The notes: generated by a model not told the origin, from the sequence alone. DNA of 64,000 nt from Candidatus Krumholzibacteriota bacterium (GCA_963806035.1 CAWDWO010000022.1:11737-75736); one strand, 5' to 3'. Shown: positions 40,240 through 50,190, counted from the first letter of the stretch. Numbers and translations: made by a program.

Positions 40240-40917
40240 TCAGTGAGATGGGGTGGAGGGTTGATCGGGAGAAATCAGAGTTTCATCCCGTAGCATCGGC
40301 TCGATGATGCGACGAAAATGAGTCCGGGCGCGGTTGATTCGACTGCGAACCGTGCCCAGCTTGAGTCCGGTGACGGCTGCGATTTCCTCGTACGAGAGCT
40401 GGTTCACCTCTCGCAGCAAGAAGGGCTCGCGATAATTTTCCGGGATCTGTGCACTCGCTTCCGCGATGATCCGCTCGAGTTCCACCCCGGCCGTCGTCTC
40501 TTCCGGATTGGGGGCCTTGTCGGGGATCTCGAATGCTCGTTCCTCGTCGTCACCCTCTCCCTTGAAGAAGAGTGAGAGTATGGTGGGGAGACGCTTCTTC
40601 TTGCGAAAACGATTGCGGACCAAGTTGGTGGCGATCGTATACAGCCAGGTGGAGAAGCGCGCGATGGTGCGGTACTTGTCGGCGTGGATGTAGGCGCGCA
40701 CGAAAGCGTCCTGCGCGATCTCCTCGGCCACGTCGGGCCGTCCGACCATGCGCAAAATGTAGTTGTAGAGCCTGAGTTTGTATCGACCCACCAAGATGTC
40801 GTAGCAGGACTTTTCACCCTCCTGCACACGGAGCATGAGCTCCTCGTCGCTGAGCTCCGCCCGCGAGGTGGGCTTCTGCCTCGGATCCAGTTGTCTCACC
40901 GTCCTCTGTATCGCCAT
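40240..40917 (-). CDS. ECF RNA polymerase sigma factor
   Basis: AEEIAQDAFVRAY, FSTWLYTIATN and LSYEEIA...LGTVRSRINRAR. ATG 40917 assumed as start. Confidence 0.93.
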   Translation of the reverse strand: MAIQRTVRQLDPRQKPTSRAELSDEELMLRVQEGEKSCYDILVGRYKLRLYNYILRMVGRPDVAEEIAQDAFVRAYIHADKYRTIARFSTWLYTIATNLVRNRFRKKKRLPTILSLFFKGEGDDEERAFEIPDKAPNPEETTAGVELERIIAEASAQIPENYREPFLLREVNQLSYEEIAAVTGLKLGTVRSRINRARTHFRRIIEPMLRDETLISPDQPSTPSH

Positions 40918-41018
40918 GAGAGCCGCCGTTTCGTCGGGTGTTACACTCAAGATCCTTCCGTCCTTCGATCCCTCTCGCCGCTGGGCGACAGGATCCGGGG
41001 ACGGGATCTGAGGGCTTA

Positions 41019-41044
41019 TACGCCGGCTCTCGGCACGGGTTCCC
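41019..41044 (-). promoter_or_regulatory. Putative autoregulatory ECF promoter
   Basis: Minus strand GGGAAC-ccgtgccgagagccgg(16)-CGTA in the gap upstream of the sigma gene. Confidence 0.65.
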
Positions 41045-41049
41045 GCTTC

Positions 41050-41769
41050 TCAAGGAAGCATCAGCGGGTCCAGAAGGCTATCCGCGAAGACCGGAATCTC
41101 CTGAACCGTCCAGCGCAGTTGGGCCGGCGCGTCCAGGAGAGTGCCGCTCAGCTCCGTTTCGCGGGGAATCTGGCCCCAGGAGGTCCTCACCCAACTCTTG
41201 GGGGTCGCCCGCAACCTCTCCCCGCGGAAGACGACTTCCATCTCTTCGGCCCGGTCCCGGCCCAGTTTGGCCCGGATCCCCATCTCCCCATCGCGGGCGC
41301 GCCAGCTGCTGCCGCGGCGGCTTCCCACGAGCGGTTCCGAACCCAGCCAGTGCCCCAGGGCCAGCCACAGCGCGTGCCGCACGTGGAATGCGCCGCCCTT
41401 GAGCTCGACCTCACCCGGCCCATCCCCGAGTTCCGTGAAGCGGCCCTTCCTGCGATCGAAGAGCAGCGCGCTTTCTGGACCCCAGATGAGCACATCGTGC
41501 GCGGGATCCCCATTCTCGTCCTCGTAGAGCAAGTCTGCGCGCAGCCAGGAGTCCGAACGCAACCAAGCCTCCAGGCTCACACTCGGGCCGAAGCCCAGCG
41601 CGCCTCCACTCAGCTCTCCTTCGAAATGCAGGGCGCGGCTGGAAGCGCCGGCGGGCAGCTGGAGCATCGCGGGCGTATCGGGAGAATCCTCGAGGGGAAC
41701 CGTCCCGGTGCCGCAAGCGCTCAGAGCGAGGGCACAGAACAGAACGAGACAGGCGCGCTCAGGGAGCAT
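41050..41769 (-). CDS. Hypothetical lipoprotein (possible LolA/LolB-fold, DUF4292-like)
   Basis: LALSA-C lipobox and beta-strand-rich mature region (LRADLLY, ALLFDRRKGRF); overlaps the end of the TPR gene. Confidence 0.7.
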   Translation of the reverse strand: MLPERACLVLFCALALSACGTGTVPLEDSPDTPAMLQLPAGASSRALHFEGELSGGALGFGPSVSLEAWLRSDSWLRADLLYEDENGDPAHDVLIWGPESALLFDRRKGRFTELGDGPGEVELKGGAFHVRHALWLALGHWLGSEPLVGSRRGSSWRARDGEMGIRAKLGRDRAEEMEVVFRGERLRATPKSWVRTSWGQIPRETELSGTLLDAPAQLRWTVQEIPVFADSLLDPLMLP

Positions 41770-43576
41770 CGCCAGCTCCCGACTTGGCGCGCTCGATGAG
41801 TGGATCGAGTACCGCCTCGTCGCCCCCGAGCGCGAGAGCGCGCTGCAGAACTCCGAGGGCCTTGTCGTAGTGTTCCAGCGCCAGCAGAACCTGTCCCATG
41901 TGGAGCAAGACGGTGACGTCGTCCCCGATCAGATTCGCCGAGTCGATGAGCCTTCCCAGCGCCTCCTCGTAGTGCCCCTGGCGATAGAGCACCCAACCCA
42001 GGCTGTCCAGGTAGTAAGGGTTCTTGGGCTCCGCCTTGACTGCTTCGTCGATCATCTCTTTCGCCCGTTGCAGCTGCCATCCCTGATCGGCGAGAAGGTA
42101 GCCGTAGAAGTTCAGCAGATTGGCCTCGTGGGGGCGCAGCTTCAGGAGACGATCGAGGGTGTCGCAGGCCTCGTGGTAGAGCCCGGCCCTCTCCTGCGCC
42201 CACGCGAGTTCGTTGAGGGCCTGCACGTTGTCCTCTTGCAGAGCAGCCGCGCGTCCCAGCGGAATCACCGCTTCGCTGGGGCGGTCGGCGCGCCGCAGGA
42301 GCGAACCCAGAATCAAGTTCTGCCGGAAACTCTTGTCCTTCACCTGACCCTGCGCCGCCACCAAAAGGCGGTTGAAGCGCTCCTTGATCTTGTCATCGGA
42401 CGCCAGTTGGCCCTTCTGCTCGTCTGCGTGCCCCCCGCTGAGGTCCGGATAGTGCCGGCTCATCGCCAAGAGCAGACTCACCAGGATGCCCGGGTCGTCC
42501 GGCTGCATCTGAAGAGCGCGCTGGAGGGTGTCTTCCGCGGTGCCCAGCTCGCCCCGTTCCAGAGCGATCTCCCCCACCATCTGCAGAACCAGGCCGTCCT
42601 GCTCATCGTCGTTCAAGAGGCCCTGGGCCAGCTCCCACGCCTCGTCGTAACGTTCCTGGCGGATGAGAAGGTCGGTGAGGAGAACTTGCCCGTGCCGGTC
42701 GAGCGATCCGTTCCTGGCCAGAGGCAGGAGCAAGTCGCAGGCATCCCCGTTGCGGCCCTGACCGAGGTACAGGTCCGCGAGCAGGCGTCGATAGGTCTCG
42801 TCTTGCGAGGCCCTCTTCAGAAGGCCCTCCAGAAGAGAGATGGCCGCCTTTTCGTCTCCGTCCGTGCGGTACTGGTTCACCAAAATTTGCGCCGCGGCTT
42901 CGTCGTCGGGATCCTTCCGCAGAAGTTCCTTAAGGATCGACTCGCCCTTCTCCTTGGAACCGGCTCGCAGCAGCAAGGTGGCCTGAGAGCGAAGGAGCCC
43001 CGGGTCGTCGGGGTGTTCCTCGAGACGGCGTGATTGTAATTCCACCGCATCCTCGAGACGGCCCAGGCGCTCCAGAACTTCCACTCGCAAGGAGAGAACC
43101 TCGGAGTCCTGAGGATACTCGCTCTGCAGTTCCTCGCTGAGGGGCAGGGCCTTGTCGGTCAAGCCGCCCAGGAGCAACAACCTCGTCTTCTGGATGCGTA
43201 GCTCCTTGTCCTGCGGGAGCGCAGTCAGCGCCAGATCCAGCGCGGTGAGTGCGTCTTTGAGACGACCCATGCGCAGAGCCAGTGCGACGGTGCGGCTCAC
43301 GATCTCCCGGTTGGTGGGATCCTGCCGCAGGGCGTAGCCGTAGTGCTGGAGCGCTCCCTCGAGGTCGCCTCCCTCGATCATTGCGCCCGCGATGAAGAGC
43401 GCGGTGGGAACCGAACGCGGAAGCAAGGGTACGGCGCTGGTATCCGCCTCCGCCGAACCTCCCTCCGTCGCGCGGGCAGCGCGCGCGAGGATCGAGGATT
43501 GCGCGGCGAGAATCGCTCCCGCCGCGAAGGCGGTCAGGATCCACTGGAGAGAGGCAGAGGGTCGAGCGAGTTTCAT
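41759..43576 (-). CDS. Exported multi-TPR protein
   Basis: Signal peptide and many TPRs, with C-terminal LNFYGYLLAD...EPKNPYYLDSLGWVLY. Confidence 0.85.
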   Translation of the reverse strand: MKLARPSASLQWILTAFAAGAILAAQSSILARAARATEGGSAEADTSAVPLLPRSVPTALFIAGAMIEGGDLEGALQHYGYALRQDPTNREIVSRTVALALRMGRLKDALTALDLALTALPQDKELRIQKTRLLLLGGLTDKALPLSEELQSEYPQDSEVLSLRVEVLERLGRLEDAVELQSRRLEEHPDDPGLLRSQATLLLRAGSKEKGESILKELLRKDPDDEAAAQILVNQYRTDGDEKAAISLLEGLLKRASQDETYRRLLADLYLGQGRNGDACDLLLPLARNGSLDRHGQVLLTDLLIRQERYDEAWELAQGLLNDDEQDGLVLQMVGEIALERGELGTAEDTLQRALQMQPDDPGILVSLLLAMSRHYPDLSGGHADEQKGQLASDDKIKERFNRLLVAAQGQVKDKSFRQNLILGSLLRRADRPSEAVIPLGRAAALQEDNVQALNELAWAQERAGLYHEACDTLDRLLKLRPHEANLLNFYGYLLADQGWQLQRAKEMIDEAVKAEPKNPYYLDSLGWVLYRQGHYEEALGRLIDSANLIGDDVTVLLHMGQVLLALEHYDKALGVLQRALALGGDEAVLDPLIERAKSGAGDAP

Positions 43577-44106
43577 GAGCGGGAGTTCCCCTCTCCACGA
43601 CCAGTTTGATCGCATGCGCCCGCCACGCCGAGGATCTGCAGCGCATGGGGCAAGAGTTGCTGAATGGAATCCAGAGTCTCCAGGGCCGCCTTGGGATGTC
43701 CCGGCAGGTTCACGATCAAAGAGGCTCCCCGGATCACCGCTACTCCCCGGCTCAGGGCCGCGAGCGGTGTGATGGCGCAGCAGCTGCGGCGCGCGCTCTC
43801 CATGAGTCCGGGCACCACCCGCTCCGCCACGGCCAGAGTACCCTCGGGGGTCTGATCGCGGGGGGCCAAGCCACTTCCTCCGGTGGTGAGAATCAAGCGG
43901 GCGTCGCCGCGTGCACAGAGTTCGCGCAACTTCTGGCTGACCGTCTCTTTGCCGTCGGAAATCAGCTCGACTCCGAGGACTTCATAACCCAGTTCGCGTA
44001 AACGCTGCTGCAGAGCGGGACCGCTCTCGTCGATGCTTTCCCCGCGGGCGCCACGATCGCTCACGGTCAACACGCGGGCGGTGAGAATTGAGGCTGGAGG
44101 ATTCAA
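43573..44106 (-). CDS. MogA/MoaB family molybdenum cofactor biosynthesis protein
   Basis: LTVSD, DESGP, TTGGSGLAPRDQTPE, LSRGVA and NLPG.P. Confidence 0.92.
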   Translation of the reverse strand: MNPPASILTARVLTVSDRGARGESIDESGPALQQRLRELGYEVLGVELISDGKETVSQKLRELCARGDARLILTTGGSGLAPRDQTPEGTLAVAERVVPGLMESARRSCCAITPLAALSRGVAVIRGASLIVNLPGHPKAALETLDSIQQLLPHALQILGVAGACDQTGRGEGNSRS

Positions 44107-44126
44107 GATCAGAGGCTTTCGGGTTC

Positions 44127-44615
44127 CTACGGCTTGCGCTTGGCGCCTCTCATGAGCTGCTCATAGGCAGTGTCGAGGTGCTCCAGGTCTTCTTCGCTCG
44201 CACTTCCGCCGCTCTGAAGAGCCAGATTGTACTGCTCTTCGACATAGCGACAGAGATAAACGTTCTTGAGCTCGATCTGTTCCTCAAGATAGCGAATCGA
44301 CTGTTCCTTGGCCTTCAGGAAACTCTCGTCCTCTTCCTGACCCTTGAGGTTGTGGACGTAGTCGCGGATCAGTCCGAGCCAGTAGTTCTCGGTCTTGGCG
44401 CCATTGTCGAAAGCGCAGCCCTCGACGTCCACCAGGAAGCAGTATCCACGGAAGAAATAGGAGCACTGCAGGGCGCCCATCAGGAAGTGGCGCCGGTGGC
44501 AAGTCTCCCCACATGCCTTGAAGCCGCAGGGCAGAGAGCACACTTCGCACAGTGCCTCATATGGAGCACCATGTGTAAAATGTGTATTTACAGGCGGTTC
44601 TGTAGGTTTGTTCAT
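44127..44615 (-). CDS. Hypothetical Cys/His-rich protein
   Basis: Fills the rnc-mog gap and is co-oriented. CX2CX3CX4CX3CHX2H-X7-CX7CX7C is followed by a helical acidic domain. Alternative GTG start at 44636. Confidence 0.75.
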   Translation of the reverse strand: MNKPTEPPVNTHFTHGAPYEALCEVCSLPCGFKACGETCHRRHFLMGALQCSYFFRGYCFLVDVEGCAFDNGAKTENYWLGLIRDYVHNLKGQEEDESFLKAKEQSIRYLEEQIELKNVYLCRYVEEQYNLALQSGGSASEEDLEHLDTAYEQLMRGAKRKP

Positions 44616-44671
44616 CTGCGTTCTCTCTGAGCCCACTCCCCTAGGCGTGGCAGCAGGGGACGTGCCAGACC

Positions 44672-45490
44672 CTAGTTCTCCGGGTTCTGGAGAGGTGAAT
44701 CCAAAACTCCTGCGAGTTCGTCCAGGCGGGTCAGCGCGATCTCGGCGGCACGTTGCTCGGCCTGCTTCTTCGAGTTGCCCGAACCCACTCCGAGCACCGC
44801 TCCCTTCAAGCTCACCTTCACGGTGAAGCGGCGCGCATGATCCGGACCGCTGGTGGTCGAGACCCGGTAGCGCGGCGCCATCTTGTACTGCGCCTGCAGG
44901 GTCTCCTGCAGAAGGCTCTTGTAATTGCGACCCGTCCGTTCGTGGATGGTGTCGTTCACGTTGATCAGAACTTGTTCATGCACGACCCGCGCCGCGGGGG
45001 CGAGACCGCCGTCCAGATAGAGAGCTCCGAAGACGGCTTCCATCGCGTCCGCGAGGATGGAATCGCGGTGGCGTCCTCCCGTGCTCTCTTCGCTCCTGGA
45101 GAGCAGAAGGTGCTCCCCCAAGCTGAGCCGTTCGGCGATCTTGGTGAGAGTGGGGCCGCATACCAGAAGAGACTTGATCTTCGTGAGATCGCCTTCCTCC
45201 TTCTTGAGGAAACGGCGGCAGAGGTATTCGTTCACCACCAGGCCCAAAACGGCGTCACCCAGAAACTCGAGCCTCTCATTGCTCTGGATCCGGGATTGGC
45301 CCATCACGTGGACGTAGCTGCGGTGGGTGAGCGCCTTGGAAAGCAGGCTGGGATCACGAAAGTGGTAGCCCAACTTCCGTTCCAATTCCGCCTGGCCGGG
45401 AGCCAGGTCGCCATCCGACCCCGATCGAAAGAGAGGGATGCCGGTGCGAGACCAGAGGCCGCGAAACCACGAGGCCACTCCGCTCCCCAT
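44672..45490 (-). CDS. rnc: Ribonuclease III
   Basis: ALTHRS, NERLEFLGDAVL, ADAMEAVFGALYLD and dsRBD (YKSLLQE, SKKQAEQRAA). Confidence 0.96.
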   Translation of the reverse strand: MGSGVASWFRGLWSRTGIPLFRSGSDGDLAPGQAELERKLGYHFRDPSLLSKALTHRSYVHVMGQSRIQSNERLEFLGDAVLGLVVNEYLCRRFLKKEEGDLTKIKSLLVCGPTLTKIAERLSLGEHLLLSRSEESTGGRHRDSILADAMEAVFGALYLDGGLAPAARVVHEQVLINVNDTIHERTGRNYKSLLQETLQAQYKMAPRYRVSTTSGPDHARRFTVKVSLKGAVLGVGSGNSKKQAEQRAAEIALTRLDELAGVLDSPLQNPEN

Positions 45491-45508
45491 CGCTCTCCTT
45501 TCCTCCCA

Positions 45509-46747
45509 CTAGCTCTGATAGCGGCTGAGGATCAGGGCCACGTTGTGCCCACCGAAGCCGAAGCTGTTGGTCAGCACGTGTTGCAGGTCCATCTTCACCG
45601 GACCGTCGCTCACGTGGTCGAGATCGCAGTCGGGGTCGGGCTCTTCGAGATTGATCGTCGGCGGGATCCGTCCGCTCTGAATGGCCAGAGCGCAGATGAC
45701 CGCCTCCAGCCCACCGGCCGCGCCCAGAAGGTGGCCGGTCATCGATTTCGTGGAGCCCATTTTCAATTTGTAGGCGTGATCCTTGAAGACTTCCTTCACA
45801 GCGTGAACTTCGATCTTGTCGTTGAGTGGAGTCGAGGTTCCGTGCGCGTTGATGTAGTCGATCGCGGAGGGATCGAGTTCGGCGCTCTTTAATGCATGGC
45901 GCATCGCGCTCGCGGCCCCGCTTCCGTCGGAGGCGGGAGCGGTCATGTGGAAGGCATCCGCGCTCAGACCCCAACCCGTTACTTCGGCCAGAATCGTGGC
46001 GCCGCGCGCCTTGGCGCGTTCCGCTTCCTCCAGCACGATGATGCCGGCTCCCTCTCCGATGACGAATCCATCCCGAGTCCTGTCGAAAGGACGGGAAGCG
46101 CTACCGGGAGTATCGTTGCGCGAAGACAGAGCCTTCATGTTCGAGAAACCGGCGACGGCCATGCTGGTGATGGTCGCCTCGCTCCCGCCGCAGACCATCG
46201 CATCCGCGACACCCGTTCCAATCAACATCGCGGCGTCCACGATGGCGTTGGCTCCGGAGGCGCAGGCGGAGACCGTGCAGTAGTTCGGTCCCTTCAAACC
46301 ATGACGGATGGATACGAGACCGGCCACCATGTCGCCGATCATCATGGGGATGAAGAAGGGGGATACTCTCCGCGGCCCGCCGTTCAGCAGAGCCTCGTGC
46401 TGCTTCTCGTAGATGATCATTCCGCCGATGCCACTGCCGATGATCACGCCCACGCGCGAGGGATCATCGACGGTCAGGCCACTGTTCTCGATGGCCTCCG
46501 CGGCGGCCGCGACCCCGAACTGGGTGAAGCGGTCCATCTTGCGCGCATCCTTGGGCTCGAAATAGCGAGCGGGATCCCAGTCCTTAACCTCCGCCGCCAA
46601 GCGTACGCTTTGGTCGCTGGCGTCGAAAATCGTGATGGGGCCACCCCCGGGCACACCCTCCAAAAGGTGGTTCCAGGTTTCGCTCAGACCGATACCCACC
46701 GGCGATATGGCGCCGCAACCAGTGATGACGACACGTCGTCCCTTCAC
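45509..46747 (-). CDS. fabF: Beta-ketoacyl-ACP synthase II
   Basis: SACASG, NAHGTST, KSMTGHLLGAAG and NSFGFGG. Confidence 0.95.
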   Translation of the reverse strand: MKGRRVVITGCGAISPVGIGLSETWNHLLEGVPGGGPITIFDASDQSVRLAAEVKDWDPARYFEPKDARKMDRFTQFGVAAAAEAIENSGLTVDDPSRVGVIIGSGIGGMIIYEKQHEALLNGGPRRVSPFFIPMMIGDMVAGLVSIRHGLKGPNYCTVSACASGANAIVDAAMLIGTGVADAMVCGGSEATITSMAVAGFSNMKALSSRNDTPGSASRPFDRTRDGFVIGEGAGIIVLEEAERAKARGATILAEVTGWGLSADAFHMTAPASDGSGAASAMRHALKSAELDPSAIDYINAHGTSTPLNDKIEVHAVKEVFKDHAYKLKMGSTKSMTGHLLGAAGGLEAVICALAIQSGRIPPTINLEEPDPDCDLDHVSDGPVKMDLQHVLTNSFGFGGHNVALILSRYQS

Positions 46748-46784
46748 TGCGGTATCCTTCCTCGCTGAAGTTCGGGCTCCTCCC

Positions 46785-47030
46785 TTAGGACCCGATCCTC
46801 TCCGTTAGATAAGAGACCGCCTCTCCGACCGTACGCATCTTCTCCGCGTCCTCGTCGGGAATGTCGATCTCGAACTTGTCCTCGAAATCCATGACCAACT
46901 CGACCTGGTCGAGCGAGTCCGCACCGAGATCATCAATGAAGGACGCCTCGTCCGTGATTTGCTCTGCATTCACGCCGAGCTTCTCCTCGATGATCTTCTT
47001 GACTTCGGCTTCGATGTTTTCAACAGCCAC
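46785..47030 (-). CDS. acpP: Acyl carrier protein
   Basis: [13 protein letters not shown] motif. Confidence 0.96.
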   Translation of the reverse strand: MAVENIEAEVKKIIEEKLGVNAEQITDEASFIDDLGADSLDQVELVMDFEDKFEIDIPDEDAEKMRTVGEAVSYLTERIGS

Positions 47031-47113
47031 GCTAATCTACCTCCGAATGGCCCCCGTTTTGGGGCGGGTACTGCGATTCAACGAGCACGCAGCAGGCGCA
47101 CTCCGGGGAAAGT

Positions 47114-47863
47114 TCACCCCATCACCATCCCACCGTCACAATTGAGGACTTGTCCGGTGATATAGGACGCGTCCTCCGACAGCAGAAACGAAACGAGAGC
47201 CGCCACGTCTTCGGGGCGTCCCAATCGCCGCAAGGGAATCTTCGCTTGAAGTTCCTTCACCGCGCTCTCGGGTAGCTCCTTGGTCATGGCCGTCTCGATG
47301 AAACCGGGAGCGACGGCGTTGACGGTGATTCCCCGTCCCGCCAGTTCCCGGGCCGTTGCCAGCGTGAGACCGATGATCCCTGCCTTGCTGGCCGCGTAGT
47401 TGACTTGACCGGCATTCCCCATCTGGCCGATCACCGAGCTGATGTTCACGATGCGGCCCTTGCGAGCCTTCATCATGATTGGCGCCACGTGGCGCACGAA
47501 ATGAAAACAGCCGTCCAGATTGGTTCGCATGACCTGCGACCACTGCTCTGCCTTCATCCTCACCAGGAGCGCGTCTCGGGCGATGCCCGCGTTGTTCACC
47601 ACGGCATCGATCGATCCCATGCGCTCCAGAACGCCCTGTACGGTGTCCGCGACCGCTGCTTCGTCCGTGACGTCGCAGGCAAAGGACTCCGCTCGCCCCT
47701 CTTCTTCTCTAAGAGAGTTCGCGAAATCGGCCAAGACCTCGGCGCGCCGCGCGACCAACGCCAGTTGGTACCCATCGCGCGCGAGCCGGGTCGCGATCGC
47801 CCTTCCAATCCCCTGGCTAGCCCCCGTGACGAGAGCCACTCCTCGAGCCCGGTCCACAGACAC
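47114..47863 (-). CDS. fabG: 3-oxoacyl-ACP reductase
   Basis: TGASQGIG, NNAGI, YAASK and VAPGFI. Confidence 0.95.
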   Translation of the reverse strand: MSVDRARGVALVTGASQGIGRAIATRLARDGYQLALVARRAEVLADFANSLREEEGRAESFACDVTDEAAVADTVQGVLERMGSIDAVVNNAGIARDALLVRMKAEQWSQVMRTNLDGCFHFVRHVAPIMMKARKGRIVNISSVIGQMGNAGQVNYAASKAGIIGLTLATARELAGRGITVNAVAPGFIETAMTKELPESAVKELQAKIPLRRLGRPEDVAALVSFLLSEDASYITGQVLNCDGGMVMG

Positions 47864-47935
47864 CTGAAATCCTCTAAGCTGTTGACCTGATATAGGCTAT
47901 CCCTCCCCCGTCAGGGGAAGGGAGCGTCGCCATCG

Positions 47936-48892
47936 TTACATGCTCCCTTGAAGAGTGGCAAGCATTTTTTCCACTCCTTCTCCATTGGAACTCGCGATGA
48001 ATTCGGCGTCCTTGAAATCCCGCGCGCCCAGATTCGTGAGCACGTTTCCCGGCCCCAGCTCCAGAAAAGTCGACACGCCACTCTTGATCATGCGCGCCAC
48101 CGACTCGTTCCAGCGCACCGGGGAGACCAACTGCGCCACCAAACCCTGTTTGATCCGTGAGGCCTCGTGGACGGGCTCCGCGCTGACGTTCGATACGATC
48201 CCGTAGGCCGGATCCGCCACCTCCACACCTTCCAGGACCTGCGCGAAGTCCGCCTGCACGCACTCCATGAGCGGAGAATGAAACGCACCACTGACCTTCA
48301 GGGGCAAAACTCTGCGCGCACCCGCTTCCTTCAGCGGGGCGGCTACCGATCGCACCGCGGCGACATCGCCGGAGATGACCATCTGACCGGGGCTATTCAG
48401 ATTGGCCACGACCACCACGCCATGTCCGGACTGGCTGTGCGACTCGCAGACTTCCTCGACCGCTTGCTGAGCCAGGCCCACCACTGCGGCCATCGTGCCT
48501 TCTTGCCTCTGTCCCGCCTCCCACATCAATTCTCCGCGAGCGCGCACCACGCGCACCGCGTCCTCCAGTTTCAGGGCCCCGGCGGCAGCGGCCGCGCTGA
48601 TTTCGCCGAGAGAATGACCGGCGGCAAGTAGTGGTTGTACTTCCACTCGCTCTGCGAGCACCGCGTGAACGGCCAGACTGTGCGCGAGGATCGCGGGCTG
48701 GGCGTTGCGGGTTTGCGTCAGTTCGTCCATGGGCCCTTCGAAGCAGAGCTTGCTCAGGGAAAATCCCAAGGCCTCGTCGGCGCGTTGGAAGATCTCCTTG
48801 GCGCGCGGGTAGGTGCCAACGAGGTCTTTCCCCATGCCCACCGACTGACTGGCCTGTCCCGGAAACAAGAAACCCAGCGCGTCTTTGCTCAT
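47936..48892 (-). CDS. fabD: Malonyl-CoA:ACP transacylase
   Basis: FPGQASQ, AQPAI, GHSLGE and SGAFHS. Confidence 0.95.
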   Translation of the reverse strand: MSKDALGFLFPGQASQSVGMGKDLVGTYPRAKEIFQRADEALGFSLSKLCFEGPMDELTQTRNAQPAILAHSLAVHAVLAERVEVQPLLAAGHSLGEISAAAAAGALKLEDAVRVVRARGELMWEAGQRQEGTMAAVVGLAQQAVEEVCESHSQSGHGVVVVANLNSPGQMVISGDVAAVRSVAAPLKEAGARRVLPLKVSGAFHSPLMECVQADFAQVLEGVEVADPAYGIVSNVSAEPVHEASRIKQGLVAQLVSPVRWNESVARMIKSGVSTFLELGPGNVLTNLGARDFKDAEFIASSNGEGVEKMLATLQGSM

Positions 48893-49989
48893 CTTCTGCT
48901 CCCTTCCCGATGCTCGCGGTCCTTCCTGTCGTGCTCGCCGTCGAAGGGATCGTCGAAACCTTCGCCCTCCACCTCAGCGCGAATGAGCTCGTCCAGATTC
49001 TCCCGCACGGCCCGGCTGGCGAAGACGACCGCGTTGGCAATGGCCTCCTCGTTGCTCTTCCCGTGACAGATGATGCTGATGCCCTTGCAGCCCAGAAGTG
49101 GCGCGCCACCGTACTGCACGTAATCGAAGCCTTCGAAAATGCTACGCAGACGACGCTTGAGCATCCATCCGCCCACCCGGGCGCGAATGCTCTGCATGAT
49201 CTCGTGCTTGATGGTGCCCATGAGAAAACCCGCGAATCCTTCCACCGATTTCAGCAGGATGTTTCCCACGAAGCCGTCGGTCACGATGACGTCGGCCTTT
49301 CCGGCGAAGACGGCGGAGCTCTCCACATTTCCGATGAAGTTGGGCTCGTGCTCCACCAGCAGTTTGTGTGCGGTCTGGCAGAGTTCGTTGCCCTTGGAAT
49401 CTTCTTCCCCGATGTTCAACAGGCCGACGCGAGGACTCGCGACTCCCAAGACCTTCTCGGAGTAGATGCGTCCCATGGCGGCAAACTGGACCAGGTGCTG
49501 TGGCTTGCAGTCCGCGTTCGCCCCCACGTCGATGAAGAGCGCCGTGCCCTTGCGGGTGGGACAGTAGGTTGCAATGGCGGGCCTCAGCACGCCGGGCAAA
49601 CGGCCCACGTAGAGAAGGTTGGCCGCAACCACCGCGCCCGTGCTGCCCGCCGAGACGAAGGCATCCGCCCTCCCCTCGCGCATGGCTTTGGCGGCGCTGA
49701 CGATGGAGGAGTCTCGCTTCTTTCGAACCGCGGCCGCGGGAGACTCGTGCATTTCGATGGACTCGGGAGCGTGGACCACGCGCACGGAGCTACGCCGGGC
49801 TCCTGTCTTGCGGATCTCCCGCATGACCGCGTCGTGGTCCCCGAAAAAAATGATGCGCGCTCCATCCCCCAGGCGGGGTAGAGCGCGCAATGCTCCCTGG
49901 ACGACCACCTCGGGGCCGAAATCGCCCCCCATGGCGTCCACTGCAATCTGTTGTTCGGGATAGGAGTCCACCGCGGCCCTGGGCGTCAC
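48889..49989 (-). CDS. plsX: Phosphate acyltransferase PlsX
   Basis: IAVDAMGGD, SAGSTGA, DVGANAD, LNIGEE..KG and DGFVGN. GTG 49989 overlaps the rpmF stop. Confidence 0.94.
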   Translation of the reverse strand: MTPRAAVDSYPEQQIAVDAMGGDFGPEVVVQGALRALPRLGDGARIIFFGDHDAVMREIRKTGARRSSVRVVHAPESIEMHESPAAAVRKKRDSSIVSAAKAMREGRADAFVSAGSTGAVVAANLLYVGRLPGVLRPAIATYCPTRKGTALFIDVGANADCKPQHLVQFAAMGRIYSEKVLGVASPRVGLLNIGEEDSKGNELCQTAHKLLVEHEPNFIGNVESSAVFAGKADVIVTDGFVGNILLKSVEGFAGFLMGTIKHEIMQSIRARVGGWMLKRRLRSIFEGFDYVQYGGAPLLGCKGISIICHGKSNEEAIANAVVFASRAVRENLDELIRAEVEGEGFDDPFDGEHDRKDREHREGSRR

Positions 49990-50165
49990 TCGCTGCTCTG
50001 CATGACCTGCTCTGTGCCGTAGTGTCCGCATTCCTTACAGACCCGGTGGCTGACTCGGGCTGCGCCGCAATGCGGGCATCGGTCCAGATTGGCCGCGACC
50101 GCGGTGTAGTGGGTCCGGCGCTTGCGCTTGCGCGCCTTCGAACATCTCCTCTTCGGTACCGCCAT
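49986..50165 (-). CDS. rpmF: 50S ribosomal protein bL32 (Zn-ribbon form)
   Basis: Too short for the ORF track. Manual translation: MAVPKRRCSKARKRKRRTHY...CPHCG...HRVCKECGHY...SSE* (59 aa). Confidence 0.95.
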   Translation of the reverse strand: MAVPKRRCSKARKRKRRTHYTAVAANLDRCPHCGAARVSHRVCKECGHYGTEQVMQSSE

Positions 50166-50190
50166 GGTTCCTCCCTCGAAAAGAGACCCT

